From Lama glama (Eukaryota), in NCBI GenBank assembly GCA_028534125.1, contig CM052817.1, positions 92,382,001 to 92,446,000 of the forward strand: a stretch of DNA of 64,000 nt, given 5' to 3'. A program made the position numbers and the translations under genes. Positions within the stretch are counted from its first letter, which is position 1. Each line of letters opens with the position of its first letter. The notes below the pieces were generated by a model that saw nothing but the letters and a program-made list of their open reading frames with translations, had not been told where the DNA came from and did not search any database. Shown here in pieces: positions 1 to 12,955 of this stretch.

Positions 1-949
1 ACACTTAAGTTTTCATTATTCCAGACACTTCTTTGTCTTATTTAAAGGCAAGCATGTTTAATCTTGATTTCCACCTTTTCTGAGAGCTAATAGCTAATAT
101 TTACTGAGTTCACACTATGAGGTAGAGTTCTCAAGAGTGCAGAGCAATAAATATAGAAATAGGGAAAGGTGGCAAGAGGGCCGTCAAAAACAGGAGAAGG
201 ATGTATATGTGCATTTCTCTTTGACAGAGGATTAAAGCAGTAATTTGCTTTGTTGTATGAAGAAACCAAGAAAGAGACGCCAATATTATTTCAAAGGTGG
301 AAGAAATCTTAAGGATCATTTAATTTATGCTCCTCATTTTATAGGTGAAGGAAAACAAAAGCTCAGAGGAATGGTAGGGCTTTTCCAGTATCATGTACAC
401 AGATTACCACGATAAACTATAGATGTTTTGACTCTGTGTGTAGTCTTTGCTTCTTTTACTCCACCAAGGGGAGCTAGGACAATTATAAAAAATATTGTTT
501 TCAAGAATCATGGAAAACTTAGAAATGTTAAAAAAAAAACAAATAACGCTGAATTTTTGTTCATCTGGTAGACAGTAGTCTGAAATATGAATGCTGATAC
601 ATTTACATTTAATAATAGAGGTATTGGGGGAAATATTCTTTTATACTTTTAAATATTAGACTAAAATAGTGAGTTTTATTATAATCTTAAAAACTTTTTT
701 TAGTCTCATTATTTGAATTGCACAGCTGGGAACAGTAAGGCAAAGAAGTCTATGTAGGCTGGATTTTTCTAAGCATGATAGGTAACTTGGTCTTGTAAAG
801 ATAACTGCTCTTCAAAACAGTTGGGTCATAAGATGAATTGTGTTTAAACAATTTTTATAGTCTCTAATGTTCTCAACACTCCTTTTCTAAATATCTTATA
901 AGTTCATGAAACATTGTATATTACTCAACTTACATTTCAAATTACTTAC

Positions 950-1057
950 TTTGAAATATTGTTCTCTTCCAGGGAATGATGACTGTATACCCACATGCTG
1001 GAAAAGAGAAGGTTTATATCGAATACGAATTTGCTTATTTCGTTCTGTACATTTTTC
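950..1057 (-). CDS. MGAT4D: MGAT4D exon 10 (108 nt): [36 protein letters not shown]; the stop-containing exon was not identified
   Basis: Acceptor ttttctccag, donor [20 protein letters not shown] motif. Cumulative CDS is 1116 nt. Confidence 0.96.
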
Positions 1058-1160
1058 CTGGAGAAAAAGTAAGAGAAACAACAATCTTATGTTAAAACCC
1101 AAATACTCCTTTTTGTTGCATTTACTGATGGAAGAATCTTTTGTTACATTAATTTTTGCT

Positions 1161-1490
1161 CGAATCTAAAAAAAAAGAAATACAAAACAGAAACAGACTC
1201 ATAGACATAGAATACAAACTTGTTCCCAAGGGGGCGGGGGGTGGGAAGGGACAGACTGAGATTTCAAAATTTGTAGATACTGACAGGAATATGCAGACTA
1301 GATAAACAAGATCACACTGTGTAGCACAGGGAAATATACACAAGATCTTGTGGTGGCTCACAGCGAAAAAAAATGTGACAATGAATATATGTATGTTCAT
1401 GTATAACTGAAAAATTGTGCTCTACACTGGAATTTGACACAACATTGTAAAATGACTATAGTCAATAAAAAAATGTTAAAAAAAGAAAAA
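1161..1490 (+). mobile_element. Young 5'-truncated L1 3' end
   Basis: L1 3'UTR (aaaacagaaacagactcatagacatagaa...), AATAAA, A tail, imperfect aattttgc flanks. Confidence 0.85.
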
Positions 1491-1877
1491 AATTTTGCCT
1501 GAGTTCTATATTACTACTTTAAAATTTGAACATTTATTTCTTAGATTTTTCTTCATAAGAATAATGGAACAAAAAAGTTAAGATATAAAAGCAGGTATTT
1601 TCATGAACTGTTAGTTCATTAGAAAATCAGGCTACAGTTGTACCAACAAATAACTCTCCTCTCCTTTTTCTATATTCTAGTAACAAAGTTTTTAGTATTT
1701 TCTTGTCTATCCACTTGTCTCAGACTACATTATTCTCTCCTCATATTCATTGATAAATTCCTACACTGAATTACACCCTCCTCAATTTCTTCTTAAAAAG
1801 TGTATAATTAAAACAAAGAGCCAATATTATACTTAATGAAAAAATATATGGATAATCTCCTTAAAAATAAAAATAAG

Positions 1878-2141
1878 GTGGAAGGGGGTGGAAAGGGATA
1901 AATTTGGAGTTTGAGATTTGCAGACACTAACTAATATATATAAAATATATAAACAACAAGTTTATACTGTATAGCATAGGGAACCATATTCAGTATCTTA
2001 TAACCTATGGTGAAGAAGAATATGAGAACAAATGTATGTATGTTCCTATGTGACTGAAGTATTGTGCTGTACATCAGAAACTGACAGAACATTGTAAACT
2101 GACTGTACTTCAATACAAATATATTTAAAAAAAAGAAAAAA
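1878..2141 (+). mobile_element. L1 3' end, cetartiodactyl type
   Basis: gggataaatttggagtttgagatt...actgtatagcatagggaac motif and A tail. Confidence 0.85.
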
Positions 2142-2607
2142 GATAAGATGACCTGTGACATTGCTCCTATTAAAGACAAACATTTGAAATTATTATGATT
2201 GCTATGAGAATTATTTTATGTATTTTATATATGTATGCACAGAAAATTCATAAAAATATATCTCAGATTTAGGTACATAAGAATTTTTAAATAGCAGTCT
2301 TACTTAAATGCATTTCTACTCAATGCTAACATGCAGGAAAACATATTAAAAATTGCTTTTGTAACTGTAAAGTAATTAAATAATCTAGAGCTAATTTAAT
2401 TTGAAACTAAATTAAGGTTGGATAAACTTAGTTGAGGAGTTAAAATTTAGCAAATATGGTAATATTTTCTAATCTATTAATAATAGTTCCAGTGGGATGG
2501 TATTATCAAATGCTGGCTCCCCATAAATACCCACCAAACAACCTGTCGATAAAGTGAAACCGAGTTCATTGCTTATTGCAGTAAGGGAGAAACTACCTTA
2601 ATAGAGT

Positions 2608-5400
2608 CTATTCAGGTCTTGTGCCTATTTTTCAACTGGGTTATTTTCCTATTGTTGAGTTTTGAAGATTCTCTATATACTCTGAATACAAGTCCTTGTT
2701 GTACATGGAATTTAAAAATGTCTTTTCCTTGTCTGTGATGTCTTAACTTCTTAACAGTGAGTTTTGCCATACAAAAGGTTTTAATTTTGATGAAGTCCAA
2801 TTTATTAATTTTTTAAAAATGGATCAAGTGTTTAATGTCATGTCTAACAATTCTCCACTTAGCCCTGGGTCCTGAAGATTTTTTCCTATATTTTCTACTA
2901 AAAGTTTATGTTTTGTATTTAGATAGACGACCTGTTTTGAAATAGTGTTTGTATCAGGTGCAATGTTTAGGTTCAGATTCTTTTATTAAATATGGATATA
3001 GCTATAGATATCCAACTGATCCAATACACATTTGTTGTTTTTTGTTTTGGGTTTCTTTTTTTTTTTTTGTCCTTTTGTATCTGGTTTATTTCACATAGCA
3101 TATTTTCTTCCAGCTTCACCCACATTGGGTAGCTTTGGTCTCACACATGTGCGTGTCCGCTCTTGGCCAGAGCCTCACATGGACCTTTCTATAAATCTCT
3201 GGGGAGCTCTCTTTTTGTGAGTCTCCTCCCTCAATTAACTTGGACTCCTGGGCTTTTTGGGGGAGATGTCCCCCTCCTTGTGCTGCATTCTGAAAACTGT
3301 TCCTGGGCAATAAGCTGGCAGTTTGTAGAAATCACTGTGTTTGTTTTCCTTCTCCCAGGTAACACAATCCTGTATTGTCTGTTGTGTGATATTTGAAAAC
3401 TGTTGTCTCACATATTTTGTTCAGTTTTCTAGCACTTTAAGACAGAAGGATAAATCTGCCACCTGTTAGTTTATCTTGACTGGAAGTAGAAATCTCCAGT
3501 GTCCAATACACGTTTGTTGAAAGACTATTCTTTCTCCATTGACTGTAGTATGCTCCTTTGTCATAAATCATTGGCCGTACTTTGTGGACCTATTTCTGGA
3601 CTATTTCCATGGGTCTATATGTTTACCCCTTTGCCTCTAAAGACTTGTCTTGACTACTGTAGCTTTACAGTAAGATTTTAAATCAAGTAGTGTGATGATG
3701 CCTCCAATTTTATTCTTCTTTTTCAAAATCATTTTAGCTACTCTAGCTCCTTTGCCTTTTCTTAAAAATGTTAGAATCAGCTTGTGTATATTCACCAAAG
3801 GAAATCCTACTGGAATTTTGATTGGAATTGTGTTAAATCCATAGATCAATTAGGGAACATTCGCATATTTACTATGTCGAGGATCCCAATTCATGATCGT
3901 GGTATGTCTAGTTCTTTCAACAGCATTTAGGAATTTTCAGCATATAAATAATGTACATATTTTGTGAGAATTATACACATACTATATATATATATGGAAT
4001 TTACAAAAAATTTTCCTAGTTTCTGGCATCTCACTCTCTTAACAGTAAATTTTGCAACACAAAAGGTTTTAATTTTTATGAAGTCCAATTTATCAATATA
4101 TTATATTGATATATATATAAAATATATATATAAATATATCATGATATTCTCTCATTCTAATGTTGGTAATTTATGTCTTTGGGTTTTTCTTATCAGCCTT
4201 GCCAGAGATTTGTAAGTTTCATTGCTCTTTTGAAAGAACAAGTTTTTGGTTTCACTAATTTTCTCTACAGCTTTTATGTTTTCAATTTTGTTTCTTTCTG
4301 CTCTTATGGTTGTTGTTTTCTTCCTTCTCCTTAAATTGGGTTTATTTTGCTCTTCTTTTTCTAGTTTCTTAAGGTAGAAGCTGAGATTTTTAATGGGAGA
4401 TCTTTTTTCTCTTCTAAGATAGAGATTTTTTACTGCTATAAATTTCTCCTTAAGTAGTACTTTAGCCGCATCTCACAAATATCGACACCCCATATTTGCA
4501 TTTTCATTCAGTTCAAAGCATTTTCTAAATTCCTTTGAGACTTCCTCTTTCATTTTTGGTTTATTTAAAAATGTGTTGTTTAATTTTCAAATATTTTTAG
4601 ATGGTTCAGTTATATTTCTGTTATTAATTTCTATTTTGATTCCATTGTTGTCAGAGAATATACTTTTTGTGATTTCAATTTAAATATGTTCAGCTTTGTT
4701 TTATGATACAAGATATGTCTATTTTGGTGAATGTTCTAGGTGTATTTTAAAAGAATGTGTTTTCTACTGCTGTTGGATGTAGTGTTTTTTAAAATATCAG
4801 TTAAATCCAGATGGTAGATGGTATTCAGTTCTTTTATCTCCTTGCTGGTTTCTGCCTACTAGGTCTATTGCTTACAGAGAGGAGCACTGAAATCTCCAAC
4901 TGTCACTGTAGACTAATCTATCTGTCCTTTCAGTCCTGTCAACTTTTGTTTCATGTGTTGTGAGATTCTGTTGTTGAATGTATGTCCTTTCAGGACTGTT
5001 ACGTCTTCTTGGTGATTTGACCCTTTTGTCAGTATATATATTTGTCAGTATCTTTCTTGATCCTTGGTCAATTTTTTTTTTCTTTTGCTGTGAAGTCTAC
5101 TATGATATTAATATAGCTACCACAGATTTCCTTTGATTAATAGCTGCATAGTATATCTTCTTCTATTTTTTACTTTTTAGCTACTTAGATCTTACATTTG
5201 AATTGAGTAGAGACAGCAAGTAATTGAACAGTGTTTTTCAATCCATTCTGATGAATTGTTTCTTAATTGGTGTATTTTGGCCATTTATATTTGATGTCAA
5301 TATTGATTTGTTTGGATTTATGTATACCATTTTATTATTGTTCTTTTCTGTTTGCTCACTTTATCTGTCGCTTTGTTTCCACTTTTCACCGCATCTTTGG
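2608..5400 (-). mobile_element. Fragmented old L1 (L1M-type) ORF2 pieces
   Basis: Minus-strand ORFs resemble L1 ORF2 (DFIKIKTFC; IYGFNTIPIKIP..KKNKIGGI). Endonuclease-region antisense at about 4140-5330. Confidence 0.8.
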
Positions 5401-5570
5401 CTTCTCATTACTTCCTCTAGTTGGTTTTAAGTGTCAGTAAAACTTTAGCATATGGCAAGTTAAAAATTGATGCACTCATCAGATTTGGTTTGGTAAACAA
5501 AATTTAGGTAATTACGTTAAACAGTATTTTCATAAAATATTTGATATGTACAAAGTAAATAAATACTCAC

Positions 5571-5701
5571 AAGAGTTTCTCCTGGTTTACACATCTTTAC
5601 CTGGAAAAGGTCCCCCAAGAGCAAGTCTATGGGTTTATCTTTGTAGAACATTAAAAAAAAACGTATGAAGTCAGTTAAGTCCTCAGATTTGAATAGCTTT
5701 C
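5571..5701 (-). CDS. MGAT4D: MGAT4D exon 9 (131 nt): [43 protein letters not shown]
   Basis: Acceptor ttctccgtag, donor CTT|GTGAGT, MFYK.KPID motif. Confidence 0.96.
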
Positions 5702-7259
5702 CTACGGAGAAAAAGTAAACAATACAAATAACCCTTGAGTGTTTACACTTATATATCATAACCCTTATATATAACTGTTCATTCCATTAACATGGGAAAA
5801 GAGTAAAAATTATTAAAACAACTAATCCTATATTTCTTAGAAATAAAGATTAAAGCATTAATGAAGTTGGAGAATAATGAAGCAAAATAATATAATGGTT
5901 TCAGTATTAAAAATTACCACTTCTGGGTGGAAAAAGTGTGAAACAAGTTTAGAATAGTGAATACTCTCTGAAAATCAACTTTGAAAACTAATGAAGATCA
6001 AGTGTAAGATATGTAAATAAAATGGCAACTATAGGAGCTATAATCTTTTACTCAGTTTTTCAGAAACTGTGAATTGTAAAGTGACTTTTGTAGAACTTTA
6101 TTAGTCTACCACATTTTTAAATTTTAGTACTTAATTTTGATTACAGAGTTCTATCATTATTTGAAAATTATTTTATAAGAATGTTATTTTTCTTTTATAT
6201 TTATGATTCTTAAATATTTACTACATTTTAGGGTATTATTTCGTTACATCCAATTATTTATCTCTAAAATATTGCCTCTATAATTGTAAAATAAAGTTGG
6301 AGGCATAGTAGGTTGGAGGTAAATGTTCACTTTAAAGTAAACAGGGTGGAACACATTTAGCCATTAAATAAACGTGATAGTAGGATGTAAGCAGTTTCAT
6401 TTTTTTTCACTAAGACTTCAGTCTGTCTGAGTCATCTGATCAAGTGCAAGGCTGTATTTGAATTTTTCTGCACCCTTTTATATAGTAACCAAAGCAAGTG
6501 ATATAATGATAGAAACAGGTGACTTAATATTTATGTTTTCTTCACCTGCTGTCAGCATTCTGAAAATTCTATTTAGCAAGCTCAAATCTCTGGAAAATGT
6601 TAAATAACAGTACTGTTATTATGATAACCCAAAAAAAAGCCTTTGTAAATAAATGCTTAAATAAGACTTCAGTATCACATTATGTTCCTTGTTCAGTGTG
6701 CTCTTGTGATGTGCAGAATGTGAATATTCTCCATCTTTCTGGTACCTGACTTTGTGCAGAAAAATAAAAGGAATTTAAAATTCTGAAAGTAATACATCAA
6801 TAAAATTATTACCTGTCCAAGCTTTTCAGCAGGTATTACTGTTACCTAGAATTTTTCTTATTTTAACCAAAGCTGAGAAAAAAACAGACTTTAAGTCTTT
6901 GAGTTTCAGTATTTTCCTATGTAAGACAGAGAGAAGTACATCTGAGTCACTGTGGACAAGTGTGCGAGGCCCATGCTGGTATGTAACATGTGGTAGGTAG
7001 CTACTTTAGGTTTTTGTAACATGTGAATATATGTCAACCTGCTTATTTTTACTGTCCATCTAGAAAAAAAATTTGGTTTAAAAATACATTTTCTGAAATT
7101 CAGATCCGTGAATCTGATTTCACTACTAAAGTAAAAGTATCTTTATAGAAATCATGCCATTCCTTGCCATTTAGTAATAAACTCTCTGGTAAGTTCTTAA
7201 GAACTTAAGATTACTGTGTTCTAAAAAACTTGACCCCACAAAATAGATCCACTGCTTAC

Positions 7260-7374
7260 CTATAAATCCAAGAATTGAAAACTCAATGTAAAACCAATTC
7301 TTTGAAGTGATTTTATGCACAAAATCTGTGATTTTTGTAAGGTACATCTTTTTAGCTATAATACCATCTTCTAG
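7260..7374 (-). CDS. MGAT4D: MGAT4D exon 8 (115 nt): [38 protein letters not shown](G)
   Basis: Acceptor ttttttccag, donor G|GTAAGC, W...EFS.LGFIG motif. Confidence 0.96.
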
Positions 7375-8682
7375 CTGGAAAAAAAACACAAAAAGGCGTT
7401 AGTACCTTTGATGCTTCCATTGAACAAACTGTTAGCTTCAAAATTGAAAACACTTTCAATAGAATACACTGGAAAGTGTCTTTATGAGGTAGAAGGTCGA
7501 TTTCTAGCTCACTTCATTGAGGGAATTTCCTGTTAGTCAATTGTCCTTTTCTGATTCTGAGACCAGAGATTATCTGTTTCTTTCCTAAGCACTAAAAAGT
7601 AACAGGTAATCTAAATTCTCTTTGGGAGAGTCTATCTGAACCATTTTCATCCTCACAAATACTTGAGTTTCTAGCATACGACTCACTGGCTTTACGTTTA
7701 GATGACGGGTGCCATATTGTAGTGCCAGATACTGTGCTTGGCAAAGAGGTGACAAAAGGGAGCTAGCAACCTCATCTACAACTAGCTGGCTAGAAGGACG
7801 GAGCCAGTAAGCCCAAAAACAGTCCTCCACAAGAGAGATGGGGGAAAGGGAAACTAGGATTTTCTTTTTAACATTAATACATATTATGTGGAATCTATAG
7901 ATTAAGAGGGCCTCCTAAATGATTCAGGAAAACGCACAAGTCCCCGGGCACAACACCAGGGCACAAAACAGAACTTGTTGTTTCAAAATGGGAAGAGTAC
8001 ATTGGCTGGACCTCACGTTTCAGTTCCATTGCCACTAACTAGGAATCAAAGGGGGTTTCTTCTTCTCCCAGTAAAGGAGAAGACCTGACTTCAGGCCTTT
8101 TCCCAATCCCTCTCTCTATTCTCCAATGACACTCTGCAAACTTTTCTCACAGCCGCACACTTTCTCATGTAGTGAGGTACATACTTCGTGTTGGGAAACA
8201 TAGTGCTGTTATTTAACAATATGCAGGAATGTAGGGTGTACAAATTATACATAATTGATTTATTTCACAGATACAATCAGGCACTGTAGAACTGCATTAC
8301 TCATGAAATGTGGTAGTGCAGGGTAGCAATGATAAGCATATATACTGTCTGACATACAATAAGTGCTCAAAATATGTTTGTTTAATCTAATATACTTGCA
8401 GGTAGAGAAATGTAAGCAGTACAATTTCTATTTTTTTTCTAATTAAATAATTTCTTTTCAGTTTACTTCAGGTAACAATAATTTCCTCTATTAATAGTGA
8501 CCCAGCAAGAAGATTAATATAGAATCAATTTTAAGATTCTTTTTGGCATTTTAATATAATGAATATTTTCTGTTTTCTGAGTACAAAGTAAGTGGAGGAA
8601 AACAATGAAGAAGGAAAGAATTGAAGGAGAGAGGGAGAACATAATACTTCCACTTTAAATTATATATATAACAAGATCTTAC

Positions 8683-8758
8683 CTGTAAGTAATACATGGC
8701 TTTAGGCTGGGCATACAGCATCAAAAAACAAAAATCCAATACTTGTTTGATTCGCCAA
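8683..8758 (-). CDS. MGAT4D: MGAT4D exon 7 (76 nt): [25 protein letters not shown]
   Basis: Acceptor atctctag, donor CAG|GTAAGA, WR.KQ.LD motif of the MGAT4 family. Confidence 0.96.
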
Positions 8759-9099
8759 CTAGAGATAAGCAATAAAATCTGTTAATACTTTTCATTATTA
8801 TTTTTATTTATTTATAAGCACACTTCAGTAATTAAAAACATAACTTTTTTCCACACTTGACTAACAGAGAGTACTACCTACATTAAGTGAAATTGAATAC
8901 ATTACACTAAAAAGTTATACTAGAAGGCTTCCCAAATTTATTCAGTGGACAGTGTCTGCCATTGCTAGAATGGGATAAGCACAATCTATTTATTTTGTGT
9001 TTTGGTTAGTTAATTTATGATCTCTATAATAAAGTTAACATTCTTCCTGATCTTAGGTCTTGTTCAAATGAAAATATAAAGAAATGTCCTTCTAATTTA

Positions 9100-9730
9100 A
9101 TACTAAGCTAGATACTAGGCCAGGTCCTGACAATCCAGAGAGCAAAGCACAGTGTAGTTCGTGCTCTTCTGGGTCTCATAATCTAGCATGAAAGACAGAA
9201 AAACCATAAAATTGGAACAATTAGATAAGTGCTAGATAAAGACATTGACAGTGGTGAGTTACAATAAGATGGGGAGGATGGAGCAGAAGGAAGTAGGGCA
9301 TTCGGTGTAGAGGAGCGGTGTTAAAAAGCACTCACATGTGAAGGAGCATACCACCTTGGGTTCAGAGCACCAAGAGATGATGGAAAGGAAGCTGGTGATG
9401 GTAAGGTCGGCTGAGTCCAGATCATGAAGTGTCTTTTATGATATGCAGGAAACTTTGGAATTGCTTTCATACAAAAAAGGATTTTTCTGGCTACAGTATG
9501 GAGAATGACTTGGAGGAGAGGCAAGGCTAGGATCAAGGCAAGTCAATAGATCTTTAATGGGCTGAACTAAGTCTGAGGTAGAGGAATGGGGATGAGAAGA
9601 ATGACATAGAGAAAGATTTTTAAAATAGAAATGATGATAGAGACGAAAAGAGTAGAAGGAAAAACGAGGATCTAGGATGTCTCCCAGCTTTATGACTCTA
9701 AAAACTGGGTATAATACAGGTCATTAATTA
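9100..9730 (-). mobile_element. L2 fragment
   Basis: Purine-rich degenerate L2-like text (ctggctacagtatggagaatga, ccagatcatgaagtgtctt). Confidence 0.55.
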
Positions 9731-10250
9731 AAAGCAAAACAAAACCATTAAAATATTTCTAGATTGACATACCATTTATATTTAAAACAACAACAGTACT
9801 AATAAGTTTCCTGGGATAAGACCTTTTCCTGAATCTTAACATATTGCTCTATTAAGTTCTGAGGAACCAAATTATTATACTTCTTGTAACACATACCACA
9901 TTTCTAACCAAACGACAGCACTCCTTTGTATATGTATAGAGCTTTCCACTTTCCAGAATTCTTTCATAAATACTACCATATTTTATTTTCACAGTGTATT
10001 TTCCATAGATGTAATATGGATTTTATTATACACAGTAGAAAGTTGAGGAAGCTAAGAGAAAAAAAAAGGCTAAATTACTGCCTAGGATGCTCAGCGAACA
10101 GAAAAGCTGGGACTAGAATCTAGGTGCAAGTCAATAGGAGTTGGCTCCAGCACACCACTGTGTTGGAAACACTATCCATCAGATGCTGATTCTAGCATTT
10201 CATCACATGAAGTTACTTATTTAAGGATACTATTCTCTAATATGTCATAC

Positions 10251-10364
10251 CTCTCTAGTTGTTGTGAGTCCTCAGTTGATTGCTTGGTATGCAACATGTT
10301 TGGATAAAAATAAGCAGGTATTGAAATGACTTCTAAGGATCCAGACTTCAGTTGCCTATTGAAC
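10251..10364 (-). CDS. MGAT4D: MGAT4D exon 6 (114 nt): FNRQLKSGSLEVISIPAYFYPNMLHTKQSTEDSQQLE(S)
   Basis: Acceptor tgtttatag, donor AG|GTATGA, SG.LEVIS.P..YP motif. Confidence 0.94.
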
Positions 10365-11089
10365 CTATAAACAGAAGTGGAGGCTTATAACTGAATATTT
10401 TATTTGCCAAAATAACATAAATACTCAAGAAGAATTTCCTTATGTATGTCCACATAATATTATTTGAATTATTTCATGATATACCCGATATCAACATTAT
10501 AAAACTAATACTTTTAAAAATATTTCATTTATAAATTAGTGACAGACATATCAAAACATTAAAATGTACAATATAAAATTAATTTCCCCTTATAAAATTA
10601 TAGGTATTTCGAATTTTTCAAGTGTACAATCAGATATGCACTCTAACAGATTCAAGATAATAGAACCACTTAGCATAATACAGTAACCACAAAAGAGCAA
10701 GATCATTAGAAGATTTAAGTGCTTAATTTTGAGTTTAGCAAAAGTCCTACCAAATAGCAATGTGGCTCCTGAAATCAAACTGCCACAGAAAGAATTGTGA
10801 CTCTTGTCCACAACTCATTGCAGGAGTATGTATATATTTTAGACTCTATTTTTAAAAGTTAATATTTATAGACCAACAAGGACATCATTAAAATGCATAA
10901 AATATTGCTCACAAAAACTGTAATATAAATCTTGTACCATCAAGGTCAAGAATAGAGACCAGGTAGAGCATTCTAAATGATTTTCCTTTACAGAAAGATA
11001 ATATGACCATAGAGAGATTTAAATTTAGGCATTATTCATTAAAATGGAGCAGGACAGAGTTTTATATGCATGATCTCAATTACGTACAA

Positions 11090-12955
11090 AATAGTCCTCG
11101 CTTTACACAATTCTGATATGCACGAATTTCAATTACCACATTTTTGTTAAATAACACCAGCCTCCTCCAACAACACTGTTTTTTAAATTTGAGCCATCAT
11201 GGTATATTAACTGTGAATAATTGTATAAAGCACAAACTTTGCTTCCGGGCTCTTCAGTTCACAAATCACTACATAAACGACAGATGCACATCATCTTCCA
11301 TCATCGCATCACTTCTCTCCAAGTCTGCTGGTGATTGGTCCCCGTGCATCTGTTACTCAGTTCACTGATAGGCAGCAAAACATGCAGTTCTGTAGCCTCC
11401 CTGTTTTCCAGTGGTAAACAAACCCACATGACAGTGAACAAAAATAAATAATCAAGGGAGAGAATTGGCCAACAGATGAACGTGCAGAAAGTGATAATTT
11501 GGAAGTGATTCTGGGCGTGATCAGAAGACAGCGGGCTCTGGGAATGTTGAAACCTTTGCTCTCCAGAGACCCTAGACGTGCAGCCACAGGCACTTAGTGA
11601 AGGTGAACTTACCTGATACAAGTGAGGAAAAGGAGAAAAGGATTTCCTGTAGGATGTGATGCTGGCAAAGAACTTCATATTAAAGTAACTCTCAGAGATG
11701 TTTCATGACGTTGAAATGCAAATGATAAAATGTAGGAGATAATTCAGACTCAAAAAGGGTATATCCTTTATCCAAAGCATAAAAAAGATGTTCGCTCTGA
11801 ATTTTAAGTTATATGACAAAAAGAAGGCAAACACTACTTAAGCTACTTTTGATAAATATTCTAAAGGAAATATCTTATTCTAAATGATTCCCATGTTTTA
11901 TTTTTATTGAAGTACAGTCAATATAGTTCAATATTATTTTATAATATTATATTTACAATATTATATTCGTTTCAGGTGTACAATATAGTGACTCAATATT
12001 TTTATAGATTACACTCCACTTAAAGTTATTACAAAATATATTGCTGTACAATATATCCTTGTTGCTTATTTATTTTATATATAGTAATTTGTGTCTTGTA
12101 ATCCTCTACCTTTATCTCACCCCTTCCCCCTCCCTCTCCCCACTGGTAACCACTAGTTTGTTCTCTGTGAGTCTGTTTGTTTTGTATATACATTCATCTG
12201 TTTTTTAGATCCCAAATATAAGTGATTACATATAGTATTTGTCTTTCTCTAATATTTCACCAAGCATAATACTCTCTAATCCAACCATGTTGTTGCAAAT
12301 GGCAGAAATCCATCCTTTTTATGGTTGAGTAATATTTCATTATATATATATACACCGCATCTTCTTTATTCATTCATCTGTTGATGGGCACTTGGGTTGC
12401 TTCCACATCTTGGCTATTATAAATAATGCTGCTATGAACATTGGGACAGAAATACTTCTCTGAATTAGAATCTTCATTTTCTTCAGACATATACCCAGTG
12501 GTAGAATTGCTGGATCATATGGAAGTTCTATTTTTAGTTTTTTAATGAACCTCCATTCTGTTTTCCATACTGGTTGCACCAATTTACAATCCCACCAATA
12601 GTGTGCCAGAGTTCCTTTTTCTCTACATCCTCACCAACACTTGTTATTTGTGATCATTTTGAGGATGGCCATTCTCACAGGTGGGAGATGACATCTCATT
12701 GTGGTTATGATTTGCATTTCTCTGATGATTATCAATGTTGAGCAATTTTTCATGTGCCTCCATGTTTTAAATTTCAGTGTACTAAATGAATATTAGCTTT
12801 ACTGTATTTTTCATTTTTCTATACATTTATAATTGACAGAGTATTAAATACTCTGACAAATGTTAAAGGTTATGGAATAATTGTAATTCTTCCCCAGTGA
12901 TTGTTAATATCAACTTGCATGCTCTCGCCCTATTGTGCAAATCAAGGATAGCCTG
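11090..12955. mobile_element. Tigger-family DNA transposon interrupted by an L1
   Basis: Degenerate inverted termini (tagtcctcgctttacacaa / ttgtgcaaatcaaggatag) and Tigger-like interior. Confidence 0.6.
11901..12759 (-). mobile_element. 5'-truncated L1 with 10-bp target-site duplication CCATGTTTTA
   Basis: TSD at 11891-11900 and 12760-12769. ORF 12370-12582 is the L1 ORF2 C-terminus ([19 protein letters not shown]). Confidence 0.92.

Noticed and set aside
1..949. Search for the terminal MGAT4D exon
   Set aside because: The expected coding remainder is only a few codons and no candidate could be supported; it probably lies outside the window
2740..4095. Two similar 65-bp segments (about 2741-2805 and 4031-4093)
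   Set aside because: Both are the same L1 ORF2 region from separate or rearranged L1 fragments
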